From an archaeon (GTDB lineage Archaea; Iainarchaeota; Iainarchaeia; Iainarchaeales; Iainarchaeaceae), in assembly GCA_035289485.1 (NCBI GenBank), contig DATDXA010000043.1:1-46783 (forward strand): a stretch of DNA of 46,783 bases, given 5' to 3'. Position 1 is the first letter of the stretch. Every line of letters begins with the position of its first letter. This document shows positions 25,810 through 36,368 of the stretch, in pieces. The position numbers and the translations under genes were made by a program. The notes beneath the pieces were generated by a model. It did no database searches and was not told where the DNA came from. It saw only the letters and a program-made list of their open reading frames with translations.

Positions 25810-26502
25810 TTGCCACTCTATCTTTTTGTGAATTTCAAGACGTATGAACAGGGAACCGGGCAAAATGCCGTTTCACTTTCAAAACTTCTCTCAAGCTTTT
25901 ACACAGGGGAAGTTGAAATAATTCCTGTTGTGCAGGCTTCAGATTTGCACCCGGTTGCTCTTGCATGCCAGCTAAAGCTTTTTGCGCAGCACATAGATCC
26001 CGTTAAATACGGCTCTAATACTGGCAAAATACTTCCAGAGGGCGTGAAAGCCGCAGGCGCATTTGGGACAATTCTAAATCACGCAGAGCACAAGCTCACC
26101 GATTCCATAATCGAAGCATCAATGAAGCGCTGCAGGGAAGCGGGGCTTAAAGTCATGCTCTGCGCAGAAACTCTTGAGCGCGCAAAAATACTTGCAAAAT
26201 TCTCACCGGATTTTATTGCAGTCGAGCCTCCCGAACTGATTGGTGGGGCTGTGAGTGTTAGTAGCGCAAAGCCGGAATTGATTTCAGATTCGGTGAAAGC
26301 AATTGCAAAAATAAATCCAAAAATCATTCCAATCACGGGCGCGGGGATTAAGAATTCGGATGACGTTTCAAAGGCAATCGAGCTTGGAACAAAAGGCGTT
26401 TTTGTGGCTTCAGGAATTGTAAGCGCGCAGGATCAGGAGCATGCGATAAGGCAGATGTTACTTGGGTTTCCAAGCGGCAGAGACGCTGGGAAAATGCCGT
26501 AA
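25810..26502 (+). CDS. tpiA: triosephosphate isomerase (archaeal type)
   Basis: VNFKTY, LNHAEH, AVEPPELIG, GAGI, VASG. Confidence 0.95.
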   Translation: MPLYLFVNFKTYEQGTGQNAVSLSKLLSSFYTGEVEIIPVVQASDLHPVALACQLKLFAQHIDPVKYGSNTGKILPEGVKAAGAFGTILNHAEHKLTDSIIEASMKRCREAGLKVMLCAETLERAKILAKFSPDFIAVEPPELIGGAVSVSSAKPELISDSVKAIAKINPKIIPITGAGIKNSDDVSKAIELGTKGVFVASGIVSAQDQEHAIRQMLLGFPSGRDAGKMP

Positions 26503-26524
26503 ATTTTATTCAACTTACTAGCCG

Positions 26525-26935
26525 CTAAACCACAATTCCCTTAACCGAAACCTTCTCCGCAGGGCGCTTTTTGTACTCTGCAATCCCACGCTTCATCACT
26601 TCAAGCCCGAGTAGCGCGCACTTGATTCGCGTCTGGATAATGTTCCCAAGCTCTGCAAACAGTTCCTTCTGCGTTATTTTCTCAGCCTCAGATACCTTCT
26701 TTCCCTTAACCATTTCAGAGAGCAATGATTCGGATGCGGTGCTTATTGCGCAGCCGCTTCCGTAGAATTTTATGTCCTCAATAACTCCAGAATTGATTTT
26801 CATTGTAAAAGTGACCTGATCGCCACATGTGGGGTTTCCGCCTCCCGCTTCAAGGTCAAAATCCTCAATCCTTCCCCTGTTGCGGGGATTTTTGTATAAA
26901 TCGAGTATGATTTCAGTGTAAAGTTCTTGGTTCAT
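26525..26935 (-). CDS. sufU: SufU/IscU-like Fe-S assembly protein
   Basis: LYTEIILDLYKNPRN, NPTCGD, GCAISTAS, RIKCALL. Confidence 0.9.
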   Translation of the reverse strand: MNQELYTEIILDLYKNPRNRGRIEDFDLEAGGGNPTCGDQVTFTMKINSGVIEDIKFYGSGCAISTASESLLSEMVKGKKVSEAEKITQKELFAELGNIIQTRIKCALLGLEVMKRGIAEYKKRPAEKVSVKGIVV

Positions 26936-26954
26936 ATTTTTCACAAACCCCAAT

Positions 26955-28172
26955 TCAGGCATCAAACATCTTTTTCGCCCGCATAACTCCGCGCGCGAGC
27001 TCTTCAATTTCCTCATCAGTATTGTAAATGTAAAAAGACGCCCTCACAACCCCTTCAATTCCCATCTCTCTCATGAGCGGCTGCGCACAATGGTTTCCTG
27101 CGCGAACTATCACTCCGTTACGCCCAAGCATTTCTGAAACATCATGCGGGTGAACTCCTTTGAGGTTGAATGGCACTATTCCAGTCCTAGGGCCTTTTTG
27201 CGGGCCGTAAACCTCAACCCCTTTAATATTTACAAGTATTTTGAGTGCTTTTGCAAGCAGCTTGCGCTCATGCGCCTCTACATTTTCAAGGCCAATTTTA
27301 GAAATATAATCAATCGCAGTGCTGAATGCAATTCCTCCGGCAATATTAGGCGTCCCCGCTTCAAATTTCCATGGCAGCTTGTTCCACTGCGCTCCCTTCA
27401 GCGTCACTTCCGATATCATGTCCCCTCCTGTAAGAAAGGGCGGCATTTTCTCAAGCAATTCCTCGTTCCCATAAAGCACGCCAACCCCCGTAGGGCCGAG
27501 CATTTTGTGCGCCGAGAACGCCAAAAAGTCGGCATTTATTTTTTTCACATCAACTTCCATGTGCGGAACTGCCTGCGCCGCATCAAGAATAACTACTGCT
27601 CCGTTCTCGTGCCCGATTTTTGCAATTTCTTTTGCAGGGTTCACAGTTCCAAGTATATTTGACGCCATTGTTGCGGAAACTATTTTTGTTTTTTTGCCCA
27701 TGAGCCCCGCGAGGCTATCCATATCCAATCTGCCGTCAGGAGTAATGTCCGCATACTTGATTTTGATTTTTTTCCTTTTCGCAAGTTCTTGCCACGGAAC
27801 AATATTTGCATGGTGCTCCATTTTTGTGAGAAGAACTTCGTCTCCTGCTTCAAGACATTCTCCAAGCGAGTAGGCGAGCAGATTAAGGCTCTCCGTGGCG
27901 TTTTTTGTGAATACAATTTCTTCCATCGAATCCGCGTTTATGAACTGCGCGGTTTTGCGGTGCGCCTCTTCATACTGCTCCGTAGCTTCCATGCTAAGCG
28001 GATTTAGCCCGCGGTGAATATTTGCATTCGAATTCTCGTAAAATTTTTCCCCCGCTTCAATTACCGATTTTGGCTTCTGTGTTGTCGCCGCATTATCAAG
28101 ATAAGCCATTGGGCGGCCATTAATTTTCCTTTTAAGAATCGGGAAATCTTTTCGTATGTTTTTTAGGTTCAT
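26955..28172 (-). CDS. sufS: cysteine desulfurase (SufS family)
   Basis: YLDNAATTQKP, MEHHAN, FSAHKMLGPTG, RAGNHCAQP. Confidence 0.95.
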   Translation of the reverse strand: MNLKNIRKDFPILKRKINGRPMAYLDNAATTQKPKSVIEAGEKFYENSNANIHRGLNPLSMEATEQYEEAHRKTAQFINADSMEEIVFTKNATESLNLLAYSLGECLEAGDEVLLTKMEHHANIVPWQELAKRKKIKIKYADITPDGRLDMDSLAGLMGKKTKIVSATMASNILGTVNPAKEIAKIGHENGAVVILDAAQAVPHMEVDVKKINADFLAFSAHKMLGPTGVGVLYGNEELLEKMPPFLTGGDMISEVTLKGAQWNKLPWKFEAGTPNIAGGIAFSTAIDYISKIGLENVEAHERKLLAKALKILVNIKGVEVYGPQKGPRTGIVPFNLKGVHPHDVSEMLGRNGVIVRAGNHCAQPLMREMGIEGVVRASFYIYNTDEEIEELARGVMRAKKMFDA

Positions 28173-28222
28173 TGCAAATTCCTTTTTTAAAAATGCCGCC
28201 ATGCTTTTTTTGTTCTGTGCTT

Positions 28223-29332
28223 TCAGACCCTGTATTCTATTTCTTCCAGAAGAGGCGGCCTTAGAGCCTCCGGCAGCAGGTATATTATGCTCTCAAGAAA
28301 GCTTTTTACGACCATTTTTCTCGCGCTTTCCTTTTCAATGCCGCGCGATTGCAAATAGAACATCTCTTCCTCATCAATTTTTGCAACTGTTGCGGAGTGC
28401 GTAGCTTTCACATCATCGGTTTTTATCTCAAGGCTTGGTATCTGGTTGCTGCTTGCTTTCTCGCCCATAATCATGCTGTGGCACTCAAGAAGCGCGTTGG
28501 TTTTAGAGCCGCTTTCCTCTATTCTTATCATCCCGTCAAATACCATCTTGCTCTCATCGCGCAGCGCGGATTTGAATACGCAGTGGCTTTCTGTTCCAGC
28601 CGCGCGATGAATTGATGAATATTGCAAATCAAAGTGCTGTTTTCCTTTCGAGAGCAGAAGGCTGAATTCATTGGCCTTTGCGCCGTCCCCGTCGAGAATG
28701 TTTACAGTGTTTCCCCGTACAAGCGTCCCCTCAAACCACGCGTTGCAGTTGTTCAATTCCGAATCCTTTTCAACGATGCTCTGCTGGCACATTACTGCGC
28801 CGGAGTTTTCATTGTGGATTTTTGCAATTGAAAGCGTTGAGTTTTCCTCCACAAGAACGGTTTGCGCGGCAAGCGCGTTTCCTTTTGCATTTATTTTTTC
28901 AAAAAGTGTCGCATTAGAGCCTTTTTCTGCAATAATAAAGTATTTTGCGCAAGCGCCTTGTGGAACTTCCAGTTCAAACACCACATTACCGGAATTTTTC
29001 CCAAGAACCATTGCAAATGAGCAGTTGAAGTTAGAATTGATGAATGCATCGAACTGGTCGCGCGGCTTTTCTTCTTTTGCAAGCATTTTCGCCATTTTTT
29101 CGGGCATTTGTGCAAAGGCATCATCAAGCGTTAGGAGTTTTGCGCTGCCCGAAATTATTTTAGGCACTATGCTCATTTGTTCTTTTTTTGCAAAGAGCAT
29201 TTCCTCAAGCTTTGCAATGCTTGTGTACTTGCTCTTTTTCACGGGCTTTTCTGAGAATACGCGAAGGTTTTTTTCCCGGAAAGGCGCGAGCATTTGAGTC
29301 GCACTCTGCGCTTTTGCATTTTGCTGCGCCAT
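28223..29332 (-). CDS. sufD: SufD-like Fe-S assembly protein
   Basis: PSLEIKTDDVKATHSATV, FYLQSRGI; operon position. Confidence 0.88.
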   Translation of the reverse strand: MAQQNAKAQSATQMLAPFREKNLRVFSEKPVKKSKYTSIAKLEEMLFAKKEQMSIVPKIISGSAKLLTLDDAFAQMPEKMAKMLAKEEKPRDQFDAFINSNFNCSFAMVLGKNSGNVVFELEVPQGACAKYFIIAEKGSNATLFEKINAKGNALAAQTVLVEENSTLSIAKIHNENSGAVMCQQSIVEKDSELNNCNAWFEGTLVRGNTVNILDGDGAKANEFSLLLSKGKQHFDLQYSSIHRAAGTESHCVFKSALRDESKMVFDGMIRIEESGSKTNALLECHSMIMGEKASSNQIPSLEIKTDDVKATHSATVAKIDEEEMFYLQSRGIEKESARKMVVKSFLESIIYLLPEALRPPLLEEIEYRV

Positions 29333-29334
29333 TT

Positions 29335-30834
29335 TTACCCCACCGAGTTTTCCATTTCCATTTCAATTAGCCTGTTTAGCTCAACTGCGTATTCAAGCGG
29401 GAGGGTTTTGGTGAAAGGCTGCATGAACCCAAGAACAATCATTGTAAGAGCCTCGGCTTCGGTGAGCCCTTTTGAAGTAAGATAAAAGATTTGGTCATCG
29501 CCTATTTTTCCAACGCGCGCCTCGTGCGCGATTGTCGCCGTGGGCTCATCTATCTCAACTGACGGGTAAGTATCGGTGCGCGATTCCTTGTCAAGTATTA
29601 AAGCGTCGCACATCACATTGCTCTTTACATTTTTGCACCCCTTCACAACCTTAATGAGGCCGCGATATGAGCTGCGCCCGCCGTCCTTACTAATGCTCTT
29701 TGCTGTAATTGTGCTTGTTGTGTTTGATGCGAGATGTATTATTTTCGCTCCCGCATCCTGATGTTGGCCCTTTCCCGCAAGTGCAACGCTCATAACTTCG
29801 CCTTTTGCGCCCTCTCCCATAAGGTAAATTGCCGGATATTTCATGGTCACTTTGCTACCCAAATTCCCGTCAACCCATTCAACTGTCGCGTTCCTGTATG
29901 CGAAAGCCCTTTTCGTTACAAGGTTGTAAATGTTATTTGCCCAGTTCTGTATTGTTGTGTAGCGCACATTGGCATTGTCCTTTGCAACAACTTCAACAAC
30001 TGCAGAGTGCAGTGATTGTGTTGAGAAGCGTGGCGCCGTGCAACCTTCTACGTAGTGAACCTGCGAGCCCTCATCGGCAATGATTAGCGTGCGCTCAAAC
30101 TGCCCAAAGCTCTCGGCATTTATTCTGAAGTATGCCTGCAGCGGTATTTCAACCTTCACATTCTTTGGGATATAAACAAACGACCCGCCCGACCATACGG
30201 CGCTGTTTAGCGAGGCGAACTTGTTGTCATTTAGCGGAATCACTTTCCCAAAATGCTCCTTTACAATCTCCGGGTATTTTTTGAGCCCCTCATCCATTGA
30301 GAGGAACACAACCCCTTTCTCCTGCAAATCTTTGCGGATGTTGCTATACATCACTTCAGAATCATACTGCGCCTCGACTCCTGCGAGGAATTTTCTTTCG
30401 GCTTCAGGAATGCCAAGCCGCTCAAATGTTTTTTTCACTTCAGCGGGCACTTCTTCCCAGCTTTTCCTGTTTTCCTGCGATGCTTTCATGTAATAAATTA
30501 TTTCGTCAAATTTTATAGGGCTAAGATCCGCGCCCCACTGCGGCATTGGCTTTTCCATGAATGCCTTAAGCGCCTTTAGCCTGAATTCAAGCATCCATTT
30601 GGGCTCATTTTTCATTTCTGAAATTCTGCGCACCGTTTCCTCGCTAAGCCCCTTGTCAAAAATCACTTCGTAGTTTTTGGTGCTGTAGTTGAAATCATAT
30701 TTTTCATAATCCACATTTGAAGCGGCGCGATCCCTTGCCCTGCTCTCATAGGCGCTCGCCGCGTGTGTGCCTGCCGCCTTTTTGTTAACAAGCGTTGCCT
30801 TGGCATGTTCCTGCTTTGCCATTTGCTTACTCAT
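29335..30834 (-). CDS. sufB: Fe-S cluster assembly protein SufB
   Basis: [48 protein letters not shown]. Confidence 0.96.
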   Translation of the reverse strand: MSKQMAKQEHAKATLVNKKAAGTHAASAYESRARDRAASNVDYEKYDFNYSTKNYEVIFDKGLSEETVRRISEMKNEPKWMLEFRLKALKAFMEKPMPQWGADLSPIKFDEIIYYMKASQENRKSWEEVPAEVKKTFERLGIPEAERKFLAGVEAQYDSEVMYSNIRKDLQEKGVVFLSMDEGLKKYPEIVKEHFGKVIPLNDNKFASLNSAVWSGGSFVYIPKNVKVEIPLQAYFRINAESFGQFERTLIIADEGSQVHYVEGCTAPRFSTQSLHSAVVEVVAKDNANVRYTTIQNWANNIYNLVTKRAFAYRNATVEWVDGNLGSKVTMKYPAIYLMGEGAKGEVMSVALAGKGQHQDAGAKIIHLASNTTSTITAKSISKDGGRSSYRGLIKVVKGCKNVKSNVMCDALILDKESRTDTYPSVEIDEPTATIAHEARVGKIGDDQIFYLTSKGLTEAEALTMIVLGFMQPFTKTLPLEYAVELNRLIEMEMENSVG

Positions 30835-30845
30835 GCAGTTTCACT

Positions 30846-30975
30846 CTCCGAGCTGCTCCTCCCCAGAGGGGACCTGTCGGTCGGAAGGGAGCGTACTGTC
30901 TCCTTCCAAAGCTGTTGCTTTGGGAGGCCTCCCAGAACTCCGTTCTGGAAGGTCGTTTGGACTCGACAGAACTGA
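30846..30975 (-). repeat. structured dispersed element, copy 2, at the sufC/sufB junction
   Basis: TCAGTTCTGTCGAG...ACGCTCCCTTCC...AGGAGCAGCTCGGAG; flanked by GTGAAACTGCA(A)TGA direct repeats (30979-30993 and 30831-30844). Confidence 0.8.
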
Positions 30976-30978
30976 TTG

Positions 30979-31752
30979 TCATTGCAGTTTCACGCCCGCA
31001 ACCTTCACTCCGGCTTCCTTGAGAATGTCGGCGTATCCTTTCTTTTCGAGCTCTTCAGCTATCTCGATTCCGCCTGATTTGATTATTTTTCCATCATGCA
31101 TTATGTGCACAAAATCTGGCTTTAGGTAGTTTAGTATGCGCTGGTAGTGCGTTATCACAACCGCTCCGAAATCTTTTGAGCGCATCCTGTCCACCGCATT
31201 TGCAACAAGCTTTAGCGAATCAATGTCAAGGCCCGAATCGGTTTCATCAAGTATCGCGATTTTTGGCTTTAGAAGCATCATTTGAAGTATTTCCGCGCGC
31301 TTTTTTTCCCCTCCGGAAAAGCCAACATTTAGTTCGCGCTCTATAAAATCCTCGCCCATGTGCAGCTCCTTTGCCGCCTCCTTAATTTTTTCGCGAAACT
31401 TTACAATGCTCATGGTATCAAGTGGGTAGTGCGCCTTGTATGCCGCGTGCAGGAATTTAACAAAAGGCATTCCGGCTATCTCGAATGGGTACTGGAATGA
31501 GAGAAAGAGCCCCTTTTTGGCGCGCTCATCTGGCGAAGCTGCCATGATGCTCTTGCCATTGAACTTTATATCGCCGCTTTCCACACTGTACTTTGGGTGC
31601 CCCATGATTACGCTTGAGAGCGTGCTTTTTCCCGAGCCATTTGGACCCATTATGGCGTGCACTTCCCCTGTGCGGGCCCTAAAGTTCACACCTTTCAGTA
31701 TCTTCTTGCCTTCTATTCCTGCATGCAGGTTCTCAACTGTGAGTTCGTCCAT
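30979..31752 (-). CDS. sufC: Fe-S cluster assembly ATPase SufC
   Basis: GPNGSGKST, FSGGEKKRAEILQ, LDETDSGLDID. Confidence 0.96.
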   Translation of the reverse strand: MDELTVENLHAGIEGKKILKGVNFRARTGEVHAIMGPNGSGKSTLSSVIMGHPKYSVESGDIKFNGKSIMAASPDERAKKGLFLSFQYPFEIAGMPFVKFLHAAYKAHYPLDTMSIVKFREKIKEAAKELHMGEDFIERELNVGFSGGEKKRAEILQMMLLKPKIAILDETDSGLDIDSLKLVANAVDRMRSKDFGAVVITHYQRILNYLKPDFVHIMHDGKIIKSGGIEIAEELEKKGYADILKEAGVKVAGVKLQ

Positions 31753-31781
31753 AAGCAAAACCCCTTTTTGAAAAGGGAAAA

Positions 31782-32111
31782 TTATATGCGCGCCACATTG
31801 GCGTTATTGAGTATTTGTTCGGATGCGTCGAATTCCTTGCACACAACGCACATCTTGTCAAATCCCTTTTCGGATACTATAAGAAGATCTGCCATTTCCT
31901 TGATTTTCTTTATGTCGTGCTCATTAAACTTGTGCGTTCCGCCCCTCTTGTGCTTTAGGTACTGGCAGATTGCGGCCTCCGTAAGCCCGAGCTTTTGCGA
32001 GACAATTTTCCTTGAAACATGCTTTTCGTTTATGAGATATGTGGCAATTTCCCTTCTAACCGCGGGGAGCACATGCCAGCTTATTATTTCACATGGGAAT
32101 GTGAGAGTCAA
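31782..32111 (-). CDS. HTH transcriptional regulator heading the suf operon
   Basis: PCE....VLPAVRREIA..L, SQKLGLTEAAICQYLK.KRG HTH, C-terminal CVVC. Confidence 0.8.
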   Translation of the reverse strand: MTLTFPCEIISWHVLPAVRREIATYLINEKHVSRKIVSQKLGLTEAAICQYLKHKRGGTHKFNEHDIKKIKEMADLLIVSEKGFDKMCVVCKEFDASEQILNNANVARI

Positions 32112-32236
32112 ATAACCACCATAATTAACAATCGTTAACTATTGCTTTTAAACGTATTGGTGCGCTCCAAATTCCGTAAAAATCCTGTTTTCTGTTGCGA
32201 CCACTTTTAAAGGATTTGCAAGCGCAATTCTGCCTT

Positions 32237-32881
32237 ATGTCAAAACTAAAGGAGATTAAAACCGAGCCGAAAAAGGAATCAGGAAGCCTTCTTTTCACTG
32301 CAATTGCCGCCATCATGATTCTTGGCATACTTGCAATCGTTTATTTCGCGCTTTTCTCCCCCGCACCTTCCCTTGATGTTTCGGCTCTCGAAAAGGGCGG
32401 GCATGTTGCGGGAAACCCCGATGCAAAAATAAGCATTGTCGAGTTTTCTGACTTTCAATGCCCTGCATGCGGCGCATTTTTCTTAACGGAGAAAAGAATC
32501 CTCTCAGAATTCGGGGACAAGGTAAAATTTATTTACAGGCATTTCCCCCTTCCTCAGCACACCTACGCCCCCAAATCCGCGGAGGCTTCCGAATGCGCCT
32601 CGGAGCAGGGCAAGTTCTGGGAAATGCACGACAAGCTCTTTGAAAATCAGGAAAACCTCGCGCTTTCTGACCTTAGAGCGTATGCTTCGGAAATAGGGCT
32701 TGAGAGCGCAAAGTTCAACCAGTGCCTTGAAACCGGAAAGTACGCGCCAAAAGTCGCATCTGACCTTGCGCTTGGAAACTCGGTCGGGGTAAATGCAACC
32801 CCCACGATTTTCATTAACGGCGCAAAGCAGCAGGACACTTCCTATGAAGGCATAAAGGCGGCAATTGAGCGCGCCTCATGA
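32237..32881 (+). CDS. DsbA-family thiol-disulfide oxidoreductase
   Basis: TM anchor, EFSDFQCPAC, RHFPL, GVNATPT. Confidence 0.92.
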   Translation: MSKLKEIKTEPKKESGSLLFTAIAAIMILGILAIVYFALFSPAPSLDVSALEKGGHVAGNPDAKISIVEFSDFQCPACGAFFLTEKRILSEFGDKVKFIYRHFPLPQHTYAPKSAEASECASEQGKFWEMHDKLFENQENLALSDLRAYASEIGLESAKFNQCLETGKYAPKVASDLALGNSVGVNATPTIFINGAKQQDTSYEGIKAAIERAS

Positions 32882-32949
32882 TTATCCTTTTGCCTTGCAT
32901 TTTGCATCCGCCTTAAAATACTTTCCCAATTCTAATAATTCACCTTTAA

Positions 32950-33747
32950 ATGGAGGGGTCAAATTTGTCCGAACATAGTTCTTCTATTCCAGCAGGCGAT
33001 TCCAATTCAGCGATTTTCCTGCCAGTAAGCGTAATAATAGCGGCACTCATAGTTTCAGCCACTGTATTTGTTGTTGGCGCAGATCTTGGGGGCAAAGTCT
33101 CAGGCCTCGAAACCGCAATAACAACTCTTGGTTCAGGCTCCGGCCAGGGCAACACCGCGGAAAACGGCGACACAACCGGCAATACCGGCGGCACAGCCGA
33201 GCCAACTCCCGCCCCTGTAATTGATATGCAGGCTCTTTTGGATGATGACGCCGTTGAAGGCTCTGCAAACGCACCGGTCACAATAATAGAATTTTCGGAT
33301 TTCCAGTGCCCGTTCTGCGCGAGCTTTTACAATAGCGCTCTTACGCAGATAAGGAAAGATTACGTTGAAACGGGAAAAGTAAAGATAATTTACCGCGACT
33401 TTCCCCTAAGCTTCCATCCTGAAGCGCAGAAAGCGGCGGAAGCCGCAGAGTGCGCAAAGGACCAAGGAAAGTTCTGGGAGATGCATGACAAGCTCTTTGA
33501 AAACCAGCAAACACTGAGCCTTTCAAACTACAAGGCATGGGCAAAAGAGCTTGGGCTTGACAGCGCAAAGTTCAACCAGTGCCTTGACAGCGGGTCCAAA
33601 GCAGCAGAAGTTGCAAATGACCAGCAGGATGGCGCGGCTGCAGGAGTTGGAGGGACACCGAGCTTTTTCATCAACGGAAAGCTTGTTGTCGGAGCGCAGC
33701 CATACAGTGTTTTCAAGCAGGCAATTGATGCGGCACTCGCCGAGTAA
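32950..33747 (+). CDS. DsbA-family thiol-disulfide oxidoreductase
   Basis: TM anchor, EFSDFQCPFC, RDFPL, GVGGTPSFFING, GAQP. Confidence 0.92.
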   Translation: MEGSNLSEHSSSIPAGDSNSAIFLPVSVIIAALIVSATVFVVGADLGGKVSGLETAITTLGSGSGQGNTAENGDTTGNTGGTAEPTPAPVIDMQALLDDDAVEGSANAPVTIIEFSDFQCPFCASFYNSALTQIRKDYVETGKVKIIYRDFPLSFHPEAQKAAEAAECAKDQGKFWEMHDKLFENQQTLSLSNYKAWAKELGLDSAKFNQCLDSGSKAAEVANDQQDGAAAGVGGTPSFFINGKLVVGAQPYSVFKQAIDAALAE

Positions 33748-33871
33748 ACTCAGTGAGCCCGCCATTTTTTTTTATTTTCATGGGGCGTTCCTTAACTCAT
33801 GTTAATCCGCCTTATGCTTCTTTTTTAAACTCATTTCTGCAATAATCTATAATATTTTAGGGGGTTCCAAA

Positions 33872-34654
33872 ATGGCTTTGCTTGAAATCTTTGCAGTTCT
33901 TTTTTTCCCATTTCTAATATTCGCATTCGTATTTCTTGCCCTTAGCATAAGGATAATCAACCAATGGGAAACGGGAGTTCGCTTCAGGCTTGGGCGTTAC
34001 ATTGACACCATGAGCCCAGGGCTTCGCTTCATCATTCCGATAATCGACGGGGTTAAGAAAATCGATATGAGAATTCTGACAATCGATATTCCCCGCCAGC
34101 AGGTAATCACAAAGGACAATGTTCCGATTAATGTGAACGGTGTCGTTTACTTCAAGGTCGCGGATGCCGCCACTGCAATCATAAAGGTGCAGGATTACCT
34201 TTACGCCGTTTCGCAGTACGCGCAGACCGCGCTTCGAGATGTCGTGGGCGCCATGTCACTTGACCAGGTGCTGGGCGAACGCGAGCAGATTGGGAAGGAT
34301 ATTGAGAGGATTGTCGAGGCCGCCTCAAAGCAATGGGGAATTGAAGTAACTGACATAAAGCTTCAGGATATTGACATGGCAGAGGATTTGAAAAGGCTCA
34401 TGTCAAGGCAGGCATCGAGCGAACGTGAAAAGAGGGCGACAATCATTAAAGCGGAAGGAGATCGCATGGCCGCGGATAATCTTTCAAAGGCCGCAGCGGT
34501 GATGATGAAAAGCCCTGGCGCAATGCAGCTTCGTACGCTCCAGACAATTGATGGCCTTGGCCCCACTGCCAGCAACACAGTAATATTGGCAGTTCCTGTA
34601 GATATTTTGGATTTGGTGAAAAACATCAACTCCGCTGTCAGCAAAAAGAAGTAA
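33872..34654 (+). CDS. SPFH/stomatin-family membrane protein
   Basis: VITKDNV, AQTALRDVVG, QA..EREKRA.II.AEG, AMQLRTLQT. Confidence 0.93.
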   Translation: MALLEIFAVLFFPFLIFAFVFLALSIRIINQWETGVRFRLGRYIDTMSPGLRFIIPIIDGVKKIDMRILTIDIPRQQVITKDNVPINVNGVVYFKVADAATAIIKVQDYLYAVSQYAQTALRDVVGAMSLDQVLGEREQIGKDIERIVEAASKQWGIEVTDIKLQDIDMAEDLKRLMSRQASSEREKRATIIKAEGDRMAADNLSKAAAVMMKSPGAMQLRTLQTIDGLGPTASNTVILAVPVDILDLVKNINSAVSKKK

Positions 34655-34685
34655 CGCCGCATTTCCCGGGGCGGCAAGTGTTTTT

Positions 34686-34922
34686 ATGCCAGAAGTCAAA
34701 ATCTATTCAACGCCCACGTGCGTTTACTGCCGCCATGCCAAAAAGTTCTTCGAGGAGAACGGCGTGAAATACTCTGAATTTGATGTTTCAGCCGATGAGA
34801 AGCGTGCGGAGGAGATGTTTGCAAAAAGCGGCCAGATTGGTGTTCCCGTGCTTGATATCGGCGGCAAGATAATTGTCGGTTACGACAGGCGCGCGATTAA
34901 GGAAGCTCTAGGGCTTGAGTAA
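34686..34922 (+). CDS. glutaredoxin-like protein
   Basis: YSTPTCVYC, SGQIGVPV. Confidence 0.9.
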   Translation: MPEVKIYSTPTCVYCRHAKKFFEENGVKYSEFDVSADEKRAEEMFAKSGQIGVPVLDIGGKIIVGYDRRAIKEALGLE

Positions 34923-35011
34923 TATGCGCCTAGCAACTCGCGATTTTCACTTCAGGGATTAATTATAATTACCTTCCGCAACCCTCTTTTAGTATACTTT
35001 TTGGTGAAAAA

Positions 35012-35953
35012 ATGGCTCACGAACTTTCCCCAATGGATTCATACGATTTTGTAATAATTGGCGCAGGTTCAGCTGGCCTTCCTGCCGCGGTTTATGCCGC
35101 GCGCTTTCGCATGCACACCCTTGTAATAGGCGAACTTGTGGGCGGCACAATCACCACAACCCATGTAGTTGAGAACTGGCCGGGTGTTATTTCAATCACC
35201 GGCTGGGATTTAATGGACGAACTAAAGCGCCATGTTGATGTGAATAATGTTCCTGTTCTTGAGGACCGCGTAACTGATGTTAAGAAACGCGGCGAACTGG
35301 ATTTTGTTGTAAAAACACTTGATGGAAAGGAAATAAATGCAAAATCAGTTTTGTTCGGAACAGGAACCACAAGAAAAAAACTCGGGGCTCCCGGAGAAAA
35401 GGAATTCGAGAATAAGGGCGTATCTTACTGCGCAGTATGTGATGGTGCCTTATTCAAGAATAAGGTTGTTGCGGTTGTCGGCGGCTCTGATAGTGCGGCA
35501 AAGGAAGCGCTTTTCCTCTCAGAGCACGCCTCAAAAGTTTACATCATACACCGCGGGGATAAAATTAGGCCAGAGCCAATAAATGGCGAGCGCGTGGAGC
35601 AGAACAAAAAAATAGAATTGGTGCTTGGAAAGAACATAAAGGAAATTTTCGGCGAAAAGGTCGTGAAGGGTGTGCGCTTCAAGGAAGGCGGGGAGCTAAA
35701 GCTTGACGGTGTATTTATAGAAATCGGTGCAACTCCGAATTCCGCGCTTGCAGAAAAGCTTGGCGTGAAGCTAAATGAGAAGAGAGAAATAATTATTGAT
35801 GTCGAGAGCAGGACAAATATTTCAGGCGTTTTCGCCGCAGGAGATGTTGCAAACCGGCACTTCAAGCAGGCAATTACGGGAGCCGCGGAAGGTGTTGTGG
35901 CCTCGTTCTCGGCGTACGAATACATCAACAACCCAAAAGCCCCTAAAAAATAA
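35012..35953 (+). CDS. trxB: thioredoxin reductase
   Basis: IIGAGSAG, GVSYCAVCDG, VVGGSDSA, FAAGD. Confidence 0.93.
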   Translation: MAHELSPMDSYDFVIIGAGSAGLPAAVYAARFRMHTLVIGELVGGTITTTHVVENWPGVISITGWDLMDELKRHVDVNNVPVLEDRVTDVKKRGELDFVVKTLDGKEINAKSVLFGTGTTRKKLGAPGEKEFENKGVSYCAVCDGALFKNKVVAVVGGSDSAAKEALFLSEHASKVYIIHRGDKIRPEPINGERVEQNKKIELVLGKNIKEIFGEKVVKGVRFKEGGELKLDGVFIEIGATPNSALAEKLGVKLNEKREIIIDVESRTNISGVFAAGDVANRHFKQAITGAAEGVVASFSAYEYINNPKAPKK

Positions 35954-35968
35954 CCATCGTTTTTCCTT

Positions 35969-36343
35969 ATGCCTTCAATTGCAATAATAGGCGCTTCTGC
36001 AAACCGTGACAAGTTCGGAAACAAGTGCGTGCGTGCCTATCAAAAGCTTGGGTGGGCCATTTTTCCGATTAATCCAAAGGAGAAATCTATAGAGGGGCTT
36101 GAGTGCTACCCTTCCCTTTCAGAAATCCCTCAAAAGCCTGACCGGGTTTCGATTTATCTTCCTGCGCAGGTTACTGTTTCAATTATTCCGGATTTGCTGG
36201 GCGCTAGCGTCAAAAGCGTCATACTAAACCCCGGCGCGGAATCGGATGAACTGGTAAAGGCCCTTCGTGACAACGGGATAAACCCAAAGCTTGTGTGCAG
36301 CATCCGCATGATGGGGCTTTCCCCGGAAGATTTTCACGCCTAA
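35969..36343 (+). CDS. CoA-binding domain protein
   Basis: IAIIGAS.NRDKFG, PINP, ILNPGAES. Confidence 0.88.
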   Translation: MPSIAIIGASANRDKFGNKCVRAYQKLGWAIFPINPKEKSIEGLECYPSLSEIPQKPDRVSIYLPAQVTVSIIPDLLGASVKSVILNPGAESDELVKALRDNGINPKLVCSIRMMGLSPEDFHA

Positions 36344-36368
36344 TAAGGCTTTTTGTACAAATCTACTT

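Noticed and set aside
32705..33587. 26-bp exact repeat shared by the two dsbA genes (similar shared stretch in the two ABC permeases)
   Set aside because: Explained by paralogy in conserved coding motifs.
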